NCBI GenBank assembly: GCA_902611815.1
Contig: CACMAZ010000002.1
Coordinates: 2,178 to 66,177 of the forward strand
Length of the DNA: 64,000 bases
Reading direction: 5' to 3'
Source: an uncultured Pelagibacteraceae bacterium
GTDB lineage: Bacteria > Pseudomonadota > Alphaproteobacteria > Pelagibacterales > Pelagibacteraceae
The first letter of the stretch is position 1. Each line of letters starts with the position of its first letter. This document shows, piece after piece, positions 30,170-40,615 of the stretch. The notes beneath the pieces were generated by a model. It saw only the letters and a program-made list of their open reading frames with translations. It ran no database searches and was not told the DNA's origin. The position numbers were made by a program, and so were the translations under genes.

Positions 30170-31003
30170 TCTTTTAAAACACTCTATTGTATTTTTTAAT
30201 AAACAAGCAATAGTCATTGGTCCAACTCCACCTGGGACTGGAGTTATCGCTTTTGCAAATTTTGAAACCTCATCAAAATCTACGTCACCAACTATTCCCT
30301 CCTCTGTTTTATTAATACCAACATCGATTACTATAGAACCTTTTTTAACCCAGTCGCCTTTAACAAGTTTTGGAATTCCAACTGCAACTACTAAAATGTC
30401 TGCCTTTAAGCATTCCTCTTTTAAATTTTTTGTTTTTGAATGAGCAATTGTCACTGTGCAATTTTCCTTTAGTAGAAGTTGAGTCATCGGTTTTCCATTT
30501 AAATTAGATCTACCTAAAACTACTGCTTTTTTTCCATTTAAATTTGGTTCAATTTTTTTAATCAATAAATGACATCCCAGCGGTGTACAGGGAATTGAGC
30601 TTTCATAACCAGACGATAAATTTCCTACATTGTTAGGGTGAAAACCATCTACATCTTTGTTAGGATCAATCGCATCAATAATTTTTTTATTATCGATATG
30701 TTTTGGAAGAGGCAACTGCACCAAAATTCCAGAGACATTTTCATCCTTATTAAGTTCACTAATCTTTGCCAAAACAGTTTTTTCATCTACTGTTTCAGGA
30801 TACTTGATAATTTCTGATTTCAGACCAATTTCTATTGCTGATTTTTCTTTATTTCGTACATAAATTTTGCTTGGTGTATATTCGCCTATAAGTATTACTG
30901 TTAAACCTGGGACTTTGTTAAATTTTTTTTTTAAATTATCTACTTCATTCTTTAAATTTAATCTTAAATCTGCAGCAGTTTTTTTTCCGTCTATTATAGT
31001 CAT
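30158..31003 (-). CDS. folD: Methylene-THF dehydrogenase/cyclohydrolase
   Basis: GILVQLPLP, KDVDGFH, PCTPLG, ITPVPGGVGPMT. Confidence 0.97.
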   Translation of the reverse strand: MTIIDGKKTAADLRLNLKNEVDNLKKKFNKVPGLTVILIGEYTPSKIYVRNKEKSAIEIGLKSEIIKYPETVDEKTVLAKISELNKDENVSGILVQLPLPKHIDNKKIIDAIDPNKDVDGFHPNNVGNLSSGYESSIPCTPLGCHLLIKKIEPNLNGKKAVVLGRSNLNGKPMTQLLLKENCTVTIAHSKTKNLKEECLKADILVVAVGIPKLVKGDWVKKGSIVIDVGINKTEEGIVGDVDFDEVSKFAKAITPVPGGVGPMTIACLLKNTIECFKRSLV

Positions 31004-31009
31004 TCTAAA

Positions 31010-31300
31010 TTAAAAAATTAATGGTGCTATATAAAGTTTCATACACATTTCTAGAAACCATATCAACAAAAGAAGGATAACCGGAGATATGTCGATAGCA
31101 CCTAGATTAGGTAGAAAACCTCTAATCTTTCGTAAAAAAGGTTCTGTAAGTCTATATGTAAAATCCAAAACTAAGTAAACAAACCGGTTTGTAGTATTTA
31201 AAATATTAAAAGCAACTAACCAACTAATTATAACATTAGCTATAACAACATAAGAATACAATTTTAAAATTTGTAATGATAAATAAAATAGAGCTATCAT
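31010..31300 (-). CDS. yggT: YggT family membrane protein
   Basis: SWLVAFN, RLTEP, IDISP. Confidence 0.88.
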   Translation of the reverse strand: MIALFYLSLQILKLYSYVVIANVIISWLVAFNILNTTNRFVYLVLDFTYRLTEPFLRKIRGFLPNLGAIDISPVILLLLIWFLEMCMKLYIAPLIF

Positions 31301-32382
31301 TTTTTTTCGACGTAGATAGACTGACTTGGAAAAGCAAAGGAAGCTTTGTTTTTTTCAACTATCTGCTTGATTTCAATAGCTAATTTCTCTTTGACTTTCA
31401 GCCATTCACTCCAACTATTAGTTTTGGTGAAGCATCTTACATACATATCTATCGAGCTGTCGGAAAATTTATCTACTCTTACTGCTAGCCCTACTTTTTT
31501 ATCGTAGTCATCATTTTCAATAATATGCTTTTCAATTTGATCTCTAATATTCTTCAACTGATCAACCGTTGTGTCGTATTGTAGAGTAATTATCCAGCTT
31601 ATTAACCAATTAGTTGTTTGGCTTACATTTATAACAGCATTTTCTGCAAACTGAAAATTAGGAATAATAGCTAATGATTTGTCAAATTTTCTAATTGTTG
31701 TTGATCTAAATCCTATTTTTTCTACAATTCCCTCAATTGTACCTTCTACTAATATCCAATCACCCATTTTAAATCTTTTTTCTACAAGAACTAAAATCCC
31801 AGATATTAAATTTTTAAATAAATCTTGAGCTCCAAGTGCAACAGCTACTCCAAAAAGACCTAATCCAGCAATAATTGGTCCAATTTTTATTCCCCATAAT
31901 TCTAAGACAGCAGCAGCACCTAAAATAAAAATAAGAATTTTTAAAGATTTGATTATCCATCCAATTAACTCTCTTGTGAGAATTTTGTCTAATCCACTTA
32001 ATATATAAGAAATTGGTTCAATTATTTGATGAATAATCCAAAATAATAAAATCGTTATTAAAGTTCTGTTTATGGTGTCTACAAAAGATCTAGTATCCTC
32101 AGAAAACGTCATATAATAACTTGCAAAGAAAAAACCTAAAACTATAGGTAAAAAACGTGCCGGTCCTACCATAGCTTTTACAAAAGTGTCATCTAATTTG
32201 TTGGTTGTTCTTTTTGAGATAAGTTCCAATTTTTTTATGATTAATTTACTAATTAATCCTCTAAAAATTAAAAATATTAAAAAAATTCCTAATCCAATGA
32301 GTATCTGACCAATATCAATTCCTAAAATTCCTTTGTCCCAAACAGAAAGAAACAAATTTTTTAAATTAATAAAAACTTCCAT
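31297..32382 (-). CDS. MscS-family mechanosensitive channel
   Basis: GLGLFGVAVALGAQD, GDWI, IGFRST, FAFPSQ. Confidence 0.92.
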   Translation of the reverse strand: MEVFINLKNLFLSVWDKGILGIDIGQILIGLGIFLIFLIFRGLISKLIIKKLELISKRTTNKLDDTFVKAMVGPARFLPIVLGFFFASYYMTFSEDTRSFVDTINRTLITILLFWIIHQIIEPISYILSGLDKILTRELIGWIIKSLKILIFILGAAAVLELWGIKIGPIIAGLGLFGVAVALGAQDLFKNLISGILVLVEKRFKMGDWILVEGTIEGIVEKIGFRSTTIRKFDKSLAIIPNFQFAENAVINVSQTTNWLISWIITLQYDTTVDQLKNIRDQIEKHIIENDDYDKKVGLAVRVDKFSDSSIDMYVRCFTKTNSWSEWLKVKEKLAIEIKQIVEKNKASFAFPSQSIYVEKK

Positions 32383-32385
32383 ATC

Positions 32386-33084
32386 TTAAATTTTATATAA
32401 TAAAAATTCCTCTTCACCAGGGTTAAATAAAAATATTTTTTTCCATTTTATCACATTTAAAACAGACGATGTTTTTTCACCAATACACATTAAGTTAGTA
32501 TTCATCCAGTAGTCAACTAATTCATATTTTTTAATTAATTTTAAAAAGCTTTTCGCACTATTTTCAGAATAAACATACACCAAATTTGGTATATCTTTCT
32601 TTAAAGATTTTAAAAAAGATAGATCTATATTTTCATTATGTTTAATAGTATAATTTATCAATCTCTCAACATTGTACCCTTCAGCAATTAACTCTTTGTC
32701 TAAAGGATATGATACAATATCTCCACTCACATAAAGTATTTTATTATTTTTTAATGATAAATTTTGTTGCAAAAGTTCTTTCAAGTTTCTGACATTTCCA
32801 TCAGCTGCAAATACATTTTGGAAACCATTGGACCTTGCAGTTTTTTCTGTATACGACCCAACACAAAAACATAAAATATTCTTATTAATATTCTTTAAAT
32901 CTAAAAATTTAATTGCATTAGAGCTAGTAAAAACGATTGCGTTATGATTATAAATTTTTATTTCATCATAATCAAATTTGTTAATCTCTAATAGAGGTAA
33001 GTTTGAAACTTTAAACCCATTAAATTTAAATTTTTGAATTAAATCTTTTGAGTCTTGTAATTGACGAGTTAATAAAATGTGCAT
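32386..33084 (-). CDS. hemD: Uroporphyrinogen-III synthase
   Basis: ILLTR, VFTSSNA, CVGSYT; directly downstream of hemC. Confidence 0.88.
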   Translation of the reverse strand: MHILLTRQLQDSKDLIQKFKFNGFKVSNLPLLEINKFDYDEIKIYNHNAIVFTSSNAIKFLDLKNINKNILCFCVGSYTEKTARSNGFQNVFAADGNVRNLKELLQQNLSLKNNKILYVSGDIVSYPLDKELIAEGYNVERLINYTIKHNENIDLSFLKSLKKDIPNLVYVYSENSAKSFLKLIKKYELVDYWMNTNLMCIGEKTSSVLNVIKWKKIFLFNPGEEEFLLYKI

Positions 33085-33085
33085 T

Positions 33086-33997
33086 TCAATTTTTATATTT
33101 ACCTTGAGATATTTTTTTCAAATAATTACCAACAATTGATCCAATTTTTAATGCTTTACTAATTGTATCAGAATATTCATAAAAATATCTAGATTTTCCA
33201 TCAACAGAAAATAGTTCAGCTTTTAAAACCAGTTTTTTTTTTTGAATGTATGAATAGATTCCAACTGCTGTGCTACAGTCACCTTTTAAAATTTTTAAAA
33301 CTTCTCTCTCAGTCTTAGCCCTAGTTCCAGTATCTTTATCATTAACTTTTTTTAAAAGTTTATTAATTTTATTGTCATTTTTTCTTGATTGTAATGAAAT
33401 TATACCTTGACCAGCCGAGGGGATGATTTTTTCACAATCAAATTCCTGTGTGATTAAATGAGTCATTTTTAAAAACTTTAAACCTGCCTTTGCTAAAACA
33501 ATTGCATCATATTTTTTTCTATGAATTTTTTTTATTCTACTATCAATATTTCCTCTTATAAGTTTAAACTTTAAATCAGGCCTAATCTTTTTTAATTGAA
33601 ATTCTCTTCTAAAAGATGATGTACCAATGATAGAATTTTTTTTTAATTTTTTTAAAGGTAAATTGTTTCTACTTATCAGAACTTCTTTTGGTGAATTTCT
33701 TTTAAGAAATGTTTTTATAATCAAACCTGGCGTTTCTTTATATGGAATATCTTTTAGTGAGTGAACAGCTATATCAATTTTTTTTTTTATCAACTCTTTT
33801 TCAATATTTTTCACAAATTCTCCTTTGCCACCTATATCCGAAGTTCTGCGGTTTAAAATTACATCTCCCTTTGTAACAATCTTTTTTAACTCAATTTTTC
33901 CATTATAAAATTTTTTAATTTCTCTAATAGCAAGTTCAGCATATTTAATAGCTAATTTACTTCCTCTAGCTCCTATGATTATTTTTTTTTTATTCAT
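33086..33997 (-). CDS. hemC: Hydroxymethylbilane synthase
   Basis: GARGSKLA, GGKG.F.K, DIAVHSLKD, GTSSFRR, RGNIDSR, GDC. Confidence 0.95.
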   Translation of the reverse strand: MNKKKIIIGARGSKLAIKYAELAIREIKKFYNGKIELKKIVTKGDVILNRRTSDIGGKGEFVKNIEKELIKKKIDIAVHSLKDIPYKETPGLIIKTFLKRNSPKEVLISRNNLPLKKLKKNSIIGTSSFRREFQLKKIRPDLKFKLIRGNIDSRIKKIHRKKYDAIVLAKAGLKFLKMTHLITQEFDCEKIIPSAGQGIISLQSRKNDNKINKLLKKVNDKDTGTRAKTEREVLKILKGDCSTAVGIYSYIQKKKLVLKAELFSVDGKSRYFYEYSDTISKALKIGSIVGNYLKKISQGKYKN

Positions 33998-34032
33998 AAT
34001 TATTAAATTTACCTATATTAATTAAATTATTT

Positions 34033-35100
34033 ATGAGAAAAAAAATACTTATAATGGGCATAGAAACAAGTTGTGATGAGACTGCTGTTTCAATAATCCA
34101 AGATAATGGAATAAAACCACCAAAAATATTGGCAAATATTGTATCAAGTCAAGAAGAGGTTCATAAGAAATTTGGAGGTGTGGTGCCCGAGTTGGCAGCA
34201 AGAAGCCATTTAGAAAAAATTGAGATAATTACAAAAAAGGCTTTAATTAAAAGTAAAGTAAGATTAGAGGATGTAGATGCCATATCTGCTACAGCAGGGC
34301 CTGGCTTAATAGTATGTTTATCCGTGGGTTTTAATTTTGCAAAATCTTTATCTTTATCATTAAAAAAGCCGTTTATAGCTGTAAATCATCTAGAAGGTCA
34401 CGCACTGAGTCCTATGTTTCAGAATAATATCAGATTTCCTTACTTACTGTTGTTGATATCAGGTGGACATAGTCAGTATCTGATAGTGAATGGTTTAGGA
34501 AAATATAAAAGAATAGGAACTACAATAGATGATGCATTAGGTGAGGCCTTTGATAAAACAGCTAAAATTTTAGGTTTTGAATTTCCTGGTGGATCAAAGA
34601 TAGAGGAGTATGCAAAAAAAGGTGACCCAAGTAGATTTAATCTTCCAAAACCTATCATCAGTAGAGGTGGTTGTAACTTGTCTTTTGCTGGACTTAAAAC
34701 AGCAGTTTTAAGAGCCACAAAACTTGTAAATACAAATAAAGATAAATTTGATTTAGCAGCATCTTTTCAAAAAACAATTACAGATATTATTTATAAGAAA
34801 ACAAAAATTGCTATCGAAGAATTTAAAAAACATTCAAATGGAAAAGTGATAGTTGTTGCAGGTGGAGTTGCAGCTAATAAAGAAATTAGAAAAACAATTA
34901 ATCAGATTTGTTCAGAGGTTGAGTTTTCAGCAGTTTTTCCAGAAATTAATCTTTGTGGTGATAATGCTGCCATGATAGCTTTGGTGGGACTAAAAAAATT
35001 TAAAAATGGAAAATTTGATAAGCTAAATTTTCCTGTTAAACCAAGATGGTTATTAGATAAAAACGCAAAATTTTTAAAAGGCTCTGGTGTAGAGCTATAA
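34033..35100 (+). CDS. tsaD: tRNA threonylcarbamoyltransferase TsaD
   Basis: GIETSCDET, GGVVPELAARSH, VNHLEGH, GEAFDK, DNAAMIA. Confidence 0.96.
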   Translation: MRKKILIMGIETSCDETAVSIIQDNGIKPPKILANIVSSQEEVHKKFGGVVPELAARSHLEKIEIITKKALIKSKVRLEDVDAISATAGPGLIVCLSVGFNFAKSLSLSLKKPFIAVNHLEGHALSPMFQNNIRFPYLLLLISGGHSQYLIVNGLGKYKRIGTTIDDALGEAFDKTAKILGFEFPGGSKIEEYAKKGDPSRFNLPKPIISRGGCNLSFAGLKTAVLRATKLVNTNKDKFDLAASFQKTITDIIYKKTKIAIEEFKKHSNGKVIVVAGGVAANKEIRKTINQICSEVEFSAVFPEINLCGDNAAMIALVGLKKFKNGKFDKLNFPVKPRWLLDKNAKFLKGSGVEL

Positions 35101-37068
35101 ATAAATATCCTCTGGTTTTTGGTCTTTATAATACTTTTCCAATACGAGACTGTATGCCTTCTCTATATTTCTAGTGAATGTTTCATTATTAAATAATGGG
35201 TTCGTATCCTTGGAATTTATTAATTTTTTTTTTAAATTATTTAAGTATTCTTTATTATTTGCAATATAAATAGCTTTTTCAACATATTCTTTTTCATTTT
35301 TAGTAATTAACTCTTCTAAACCGCTAGTTTTCAATAAGCTGGAGGCAACTCTACTCTGAAATGAATTTCCTTCGATAGTCAGTATTGGTAAGCCTGCCCA
35401 GATAGAGTCGCTACAAGATGTATGGGCATTATAGGGAAATGTATCTAAAAAAAGATCAGCGTATTTAATCCTTAGCAAGTGTTCACCTATTGGAAGCTTT
35501 TCACTAAACTTTATTCTGTTTTTATTTATATTTTTTTTTCCAAATTCAATCATTAAATTTTTTTTTGCAAAATCATTATCAGATATTAACCATAAAATAC
35601 TTTTTGGAACTTCATTAAGTATATTTGACCAAAGATTTATCATTACTGGCAAAATTTTAGAAACAGTATTAAAACAACAAAAGATAAATGTATCATCAGG
35701 TAAATTTAAATTTTTTTTATTAAATTTCTTTTCAGATAATTGTCTATTTTTTTCACTTGGTTGATAAGAGTTTGGAAGATAAATAACTTTTTCAGTAAAA
35801 AACTTTTTATTTTGTTCAGGTATCACTGTTTTATCAGCTATAATGTAATCAATATTTTCTGATGCAGAAGTGCCTGGATAACCTAAATAATTGATTTGAA
35901 TTGGGGCACACTTATTTAAAAATATTCCAAACCTACTTTGGCTACCTGTATAAACCATTAAATCAACTGCTATATGAATGTTTAAATTTATTGATAATGA
36001 TATAATTTCTTCATCTGACATTTTTGATACATCATAAAATTTTTTGAAGGTTTTTTTTATTCTGTGGTAAAACTTATCTTCTTCTTTGTGTTGATTGCCT
36101 AGATAAAAACCATATATATTAAATTTAGATTTATCATGAGTTTCTAGTATTTTAGATATCAAATGACCAACTGGATGATCTCGAAAATCCGCAGAAAAAT
36201 AACCTATATTTATACTTGAATCATTTTTATTTGTTTGAAGTTTAAATTTTTTATCTAATACTTTGAATTGTTTAATCCAAATTTTTGCTGACTTATTTTG
36301 AAGATCTTGAGAATCAAACAAGGTTGATATAAGGAATGGAGCTGCTATTTTTTTCCCATCAATTATTTTTCTTTCGATTTCACTGCAATTTTTTTCTAAT
36401 TCATTCCAATCGCAATTTTTTAATTTATCATCAATAACTTTACCTAAAATAAATGGGTAATTTGGATCAATCATCATAATTGTCTTATAAGTATTTAATG
36501 CACGACTGTTCATACCTAGTTCTAACAAAATATCAGCCTTTAAGTTATAAAGTTCAGAATTTTTTGGATGGAAAGGAATAACTTTTTCTAAAAACTGTAA
36601 AGCTTCCTCTTCTTTACTCAGTTTTAGTAAAAGTTCTATTTTATTTTTAATAGCTGTTAAATGATTAGGTTTTAACTTAAGAGCCTCATTTAAATTCTTT
36701 AAAGAGACATCATACATTCCTTTATGAAAAAATACTTCACTAAGTGTATAATGAGTTTCAAAAAAATCAGGTTTCAGTTTTAATGAATTGTTTAAATACT
36801 TAATTGCTTCATCAAATTCTTCAATTTTCAAATACGCATTTCCAAGATTATTTAAACCTTGTGTAAATTCTGGATCTATTGTTATTGCTTTCTTCCAAAC
36901 ATTTATGGATTGATCATATTTTTTTAAATTAAAAAAAACGAAACCATAAATATGTAAAAATTCAACATTCTTATCAAGCTCAATTTTTATTTCTTCACAT
37001 TTTCTTTCGGCTTCTACAAATTTATTGATTTTTATTAAATTTAGAATTTCATTAATTTTATCTCTCAT
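35095..37068 (-). CDS. TPR + O-GlcNAc transferase-like (GT41) protein
   Basis: Multiple TPRs; IGYFSADFRDHPVGH, YLGYPGT, FCCFN..SKI, DLFLDTFPYNAHT, SRVASSLL. Confidence 0.9.
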   Translation of the reverse strand: MRDKINEILNLIKINKFVEAERKCEEIKIELDKNVEFLHIYGFVFFNLKKYDQSINVWKKAITIDPEFTQGLNNLGNAYLKIEEFDEAIKYLNNSLKLKPDFFETHYTLSEVFFHKGMYDVSLKNLNEALKLKPNHLTAIKNKIELLLKLSKEEEALQFLEKVIPFHPKNSELYNLKADILLELGMNSRALNTYKTIMMIDPNYPFILGKVIDDKLKNCDWNELEKNCSEIERKIIDGKKIAAPFLISTLFDSQDLQNKSAKIWIKQFKVLDKKFKLQTNKNDSSINIGYFSADFRDHPVGHLISKILETHDKSKFNIYGFYLGNQHKEEDKFYHRIKKTFKKFYDVSKMSDEEIISLSINLNIHIAVDLMVYTGSQSRFGIFLNKCAPIQINYLGYPGTSASENIDYIIADKTVIPEQNKKFFTEKVIYLPNSYQPSEKNRQLSEKKFNKKNLNLPDDTFIFCCFNTVSKILPVMINLWSNILNEVPKSILWLISDNDFAKKNLMIEFGKKNINKNRIKFSEKLPIGEHLLRIKYADLFLDTFPYNAHTSCSDSIWAGLPILTIEGNSFQSRVASSLLKTSGLEELITKNEKEYVEKAIYIANNKEYLNNLKKKLINSKDTNPLFNNETFTRNIEKAYSLVLEKYYKDQKPEDIYL

Positions 37069-37112
37069 AATTTTTTATTTTAATGTAGATTAATAAAAAA
37101 AAACAGTTCTGA

Positions 37113-37523
37113 ATGAATTATTGGTTACTAAAATCCGAGCCAGATGTATGGTCAATTGACCAACAAATAAAAGCTGGTTCTAAGGGTGCAATTTGGGATG
37201 GTGTAAGAAATTACCAAGCAGCCAAAAACTTAAAAGAAATGAAGATAGGTGATTTATGTTTTTTTTATCATTCAAACATAGGCAAGGAAATTGTTGGTAT
37301 TGTAAAAGTTATTAAGGAGTCATTTATTGACCCTACGGACAAAGAGAAAAAATTCGTAGCTGTAAGGGTTAAGTTTGAAAAGAAATTAAAAAACCCAGTA
37401 ACACTGAAAAATATTAAGAAAATTAAAAAACTTCAACAATTGCCTCTAATTAAGCAAACTAGACTATCAGTAATGCCTATTGACTCTAAAAGCTGGAAGA
37501 TTTTAAATAGGCTCGGAGATTAA
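37113..37523 (+). CDS. EVE domain protein
   Basis: YWLLKSEP, WDGVRNYQA, FFYHS, RLSVMP. Confidence 0.93.
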   Translation: MNYWLLKSEPDVWSIDQQIKAGSKGAIWDGVRNYQAAKNLKEMKIGDLCFFYHSNIGKEIVGIVKVIKESFIDPTDKEKKFVAVRVKFEKKLKNPVTLKNIKKIKKLQQLPLIKQTRLSVMPIDSKSWKILNRLGD

Positions 37524-37531
37524 ATTAAAAA

Positions 37532-39610
37532 ATGGTAAAAAAATCAAAAAAAATGAAAAGAAGAAAAAAAATCAAAAAAACTAAAAAAAAATATAAATCT
37601 AAGATTAAAAAAAGAGGTAAAATTAGGATTAAAAGAAAAAAAGTAAAAAAATTAAGTAACAAAGAAAACAAGTCTATAGAAAAAATTTATAAAGTTAAGT
37701 CAGAATGGGTAAAAAAGGCCATTGTAAACAAAAATATTTATGAAAAAAAATATAGTCAATCTTTAAAAGATAATGATGGGTTTTGGAGAAAAGAAGGTAA
37801 AAGAATCTCTTGGATAAAGCCCTACACAAAAATCAAAGATGTAAAGTATAGTAGTTCAGAGGTAAATATTAAATGGTTTTATGATGGAACTCTCAATGCA
37901 TCAGCAAACTGTATAGATAGACACCTAAAAAATAATAAAGATAAAACTGCAATTATGTGGGTTGGAGATGATCCAAAGGTTCAAAAAAAAATAACATATA
38001 AACAACTTCATAATGAAGTTTGTAAGATTGCAAATGGTTTAAAAGAAATTGGAGTACAAAAAGGTGACAGAGTAACAATTTATTTAACAATGATTCCTGA
38101 ATTAGCATACACAATGCTAGCATGTGCAAGAATTGGAGCTATACACTCAATAATTTTTGGTGGTTTCTCTCCTGACAGTATTGCTGGACGTATAAATGAT
38201 TGTGAATCAGACTATGTAGTAACAGCTGATGAGGGAATAAGAGGGGGTAAAACTATACCTTTAAAATCAATCACAGATGAAGCGTTGATGAGTTGCCCTA
38301 ATGTAAAAAAATGTGTTGTTGTTAAAAGAACAGATGCTGATATTAGCTGGAATGATGACAGAGATGTATGGTATCATGATATAACAAAGAATGTTTCATC
38401 ATATTGTGAACCTGAAGAGATGAATGCTGAAGATCCTCTTTTCATATTATATACATCAGGTTCTACTGGAAAGCCTAAAGGTGTTCTTCATACAACAGGA
38501 GGTTATTTAGTTTATGCATCAATGACACATCAATATATATTTAATTATAAACCAAAAGATATTTATTGGTGCACTGCCGATATAGGTTGGGTAACTGGTC
38601 ATAGTTATATAATTTATGGGCCATTAGCAAATGGTGCTACAACTTTAATGTTTGAAGGAATACCAACTTATCCTGACTCTTCAAGATGGTGGCAGATTGT
38701 TGATAAATATAAGGTTAATATATTTTACACAGCGCCGACTGCGATTAGAGCTTTGATGAGAGAAGGAGATAAACCTGTAAAAAAAACATCAAGAAAAACC
38801 TTAAAATTATTAGGCACAGTTGGGGAGCCAATAAATCCTGAAGCATGGGAGTGGTATTACAAAACTGTTGGGGACTCGAAGTGTCCGATTGTTGATACTT
38901 GGTGGCAAACAGAGACAGGTGGTATTTTAATTAGCCCACAAACTGGAGCAATAGATTTAAAACCAGGATCTGCTACTAAACCTTTCTATGGGATTAAACC
39001 TGTAATAGTAGATAAAAATGGCAAAGTATTAAAAGGCGAAGCACAAGGAAGACTTTGTATTGCTCAATCTTGGCCTGGACAGATGAGGACAGTTTACGGA
39101 GATCATAACAGATTTATAGAGACTTATTTTTCACAATTTGATGGAAAGTATTTTACGGGAGATGGATGCAGGAGAGATAAAGATGGATATTATTGGATAA
39201 CAGGTAGAGTTGATGATGTAATAATTGTATCTGGTCATAACCTAGGCACAGCTGAAATTGAAAGTGCTTTCGTTGCACATCCCAAAGTAGCAGAGGCTGC
39301 AGTAGTTGGGTACCCTCATGATATAAAAGGTAATGGTCTTTATTGTTATGTAACACTTAATGTAGGTGAAAAAGCAGACGGGGATTTAGAAAGAGAATTA
39401 AAGTTATGGGTTAGAAAACAAATTGGTCCAATAGCTACACCTGATCTTATACATTTTTCTCCTGGGTTGCCGAAAACTAGATCTGGAAAAATAATGAGAA
39501 GAATTTTAAGAAAGATTGCAGCGAACGAACATGATCAACTTGGTGATACAACAACCTTAGCTGATCCAAGTGTTGTGCAAAGTTTGGTTGATGAGAGAAA
39601 AAATGTTTAA
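37532..39610 (+). CDS. acs: Acetyl-CoA synthetase with Lys/Arg-rich N-terminal extension
   Basis: [33 protein letters not shown]. Confidence 0.96.
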   Translation: MVKKSKKMKRRKKIKKTKKKYKSKIKKRGKIRIKRKKVKKLSNKENKSIEKIYKVKSEWVKKAIVNKNIYEKKYSQSLKDNDGFWRKEGKRISWIKPYTKIKDVKYSSSEVNIKWFYDGTLNASANCIDRHLKNNKDKTAIMWVGDDPKVQKKITYKQLHNEVCKIANGLKEIGVQKGDRVTIYLTMIPELAYTMLACARIGAIHSIIFGGFSPDSIAGRINDCESDYVVTADEGIRGGKTIPLKSITDEALMSCPNVKKCVVVKRTDADISWNDDRDVWYHDITKNVSSYCEPEEMNAEDPLFILYTSGSTGKPKGVLHTTGGYLVYASMTHQYIFNYKPKDIYWCTADIGWVTGHSYIIYGPLANGATTLMFEGIPTYPDSSRWWQIVDKYKVNIFYTAPTAIRALMREGDKPVKKTSRKTLKLLGTVGEPINPEAWEWYYKTVGDSKCPIVDTWWQTETGGILISPQTGAIDLKPGSATKPFYGIKPVIVDKNGKVLKGEAQGRLCIAQSWPGQMRTVYGDHNRFIETYFSQFDGKYFTGDGCRRDKDGYYWITGRVDDVIIVSGHNLGTAEIESAFVAHPKVAEAAVVGYPHDIKGNGLYCYVTLNVGEKADGDLERELKLWVRKQIGPIATPDLIHFSPGLPKTRSGKIMRRILRKIAANEHDQLGDTTTLADPSVVQSLVDERKNV

Positions 39611-40233
39611 AACTTTATAAGTTTAATAAATTCATCTTTAATATTATCCCACTTAAGTATCATAGAGTTTAAAACAATTTTTCTGTCCAAAGTTTTTAAT
39701 TCCTCTGCAATGGGAGCCCATTTATAAAGTGCTAGTGCACTAGGATTAAATGGAAGTGAGTTATAATATTTTTTCCAATCAATCTTTTCATATCTTTCAA
39801 AAAAAGTTTTTTTTCCGTGGGCTGCTATGTCTTCTGGCATACCGTTTTTAATTTCTTCATCAATAATTGTTTCGTAAATTCTTTTAGACTTTTCAAAATC
39901 ATTAAGATTAAAATTATTATGGATATAAGAAAATGTGAAGAAAGTTAAATCCTGTAAAGAGATTATATAAATGTTCCATTTTGCTAAATTAATTGAATCA
40001 ATAAAAACATCATTATCAAAATGTAAAACATATTTTGTACCCATTCTTGTTTTTAAATAATTGTACAAAGTTACTTGGGTAACCCACGCAGATTTTTTTT
40101 GGATAAATTGTTCGAGATCTAAAAAATTTTTAATTTTTTTTTTGGGCAAAATTCCCTTGAACATTGCAAGTAGATAAACCTTGAAATCATCTAATTTTAT
40201 ATCTTTGAGATTGAATCTATATTTTAGGGCCAT
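39607..40233 (-). CDS. Conserved hypothetical protein
   Basis: Long ORF with Q.TLY.YLKTRMG and WAPIAE..K..D...V.NS segments; no catalytic motif recognised. Confidence 0.7.
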   Translation of the reverse strand: MALKYRFNLKDIKLDDFKVYLLAMFKGILPKKKIKNFLDLEQFIQKKSAWVTQVTLYNYLKTRMGTKYVLHFDNDVFIDSINLAKWNIYIISLQDLTFFTFSYIHNNFNLNDFEKSKRIYETIIDEEIKNGMPEDIAAHGKKTFFERYEKIDWKKYYNSLPFNPSALALYKWAPIAEELKTLDRKIVLNSMILKWDNIKDEFIKLIKF

Positions 40234-40351
40234 ATGTATACTAAAAGTTGTAATATATTATAAAATAACAAAAAATACGAGAATTTTAGGGGTTCCAATA
40301 TTTTTCATAATGAGTAATCTTTCGTCTTTTAACCTATAGGGAGGGAAAAAA

Positions 40352-40615
40352 ATGTCAAAACAAGCACAACATTGGGAAAAGACTAGAGGTTTGCTTTTTG
40401 TAACGCTAGCTATCTGGTTCGTTTTCTCTATTGGCATCTTCCTCTTCGGTGCCGAAATGGAAGCATCATCTATTAGACCTTTTGGATATCCATTGTCATA
40501 TTATATGACATGTCAAGGTTCTCTTGGAATTTTCGTAATACTAATTTTTTGGTTTGCGGGAAGACAAGAAAAGATTGATGAAGAGTTCGGCTTTTCTGAA
40601 AGAGAGGATGACTAA
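40352..40615 (+). CDS. DUF4212 small subunit of sodium:solute symporter
   Basis: Two TMs, GYPLSYYM..QGS, D.EFG; strong GGAGGG RBS; coupled to the symporter. Confidence 0.85.
   Translation: MSKQAQHWEKTRGLLFVTLAIWFVFSIGIFLFGAEMEASSIRPFGYPLSYYMTCQGSLGIFVILIFWFAGRQEKIDEEFGFSEREDD

Noticed and set aside
37113-37523. EVE domain as part of a modification-dependent defence system
   Set aside because: Stand-alone EVE near tsaD is a common alphaproteobacterial arrangement and no nuclease is adjacent
40234-40351. Possible riboswitch upstream of DUF4212-actP (also checked 4230-4347 before dctP)
   Set aside because: No recognisable glycine, SAM-V or TPP aptamer motif, and no convincing stem
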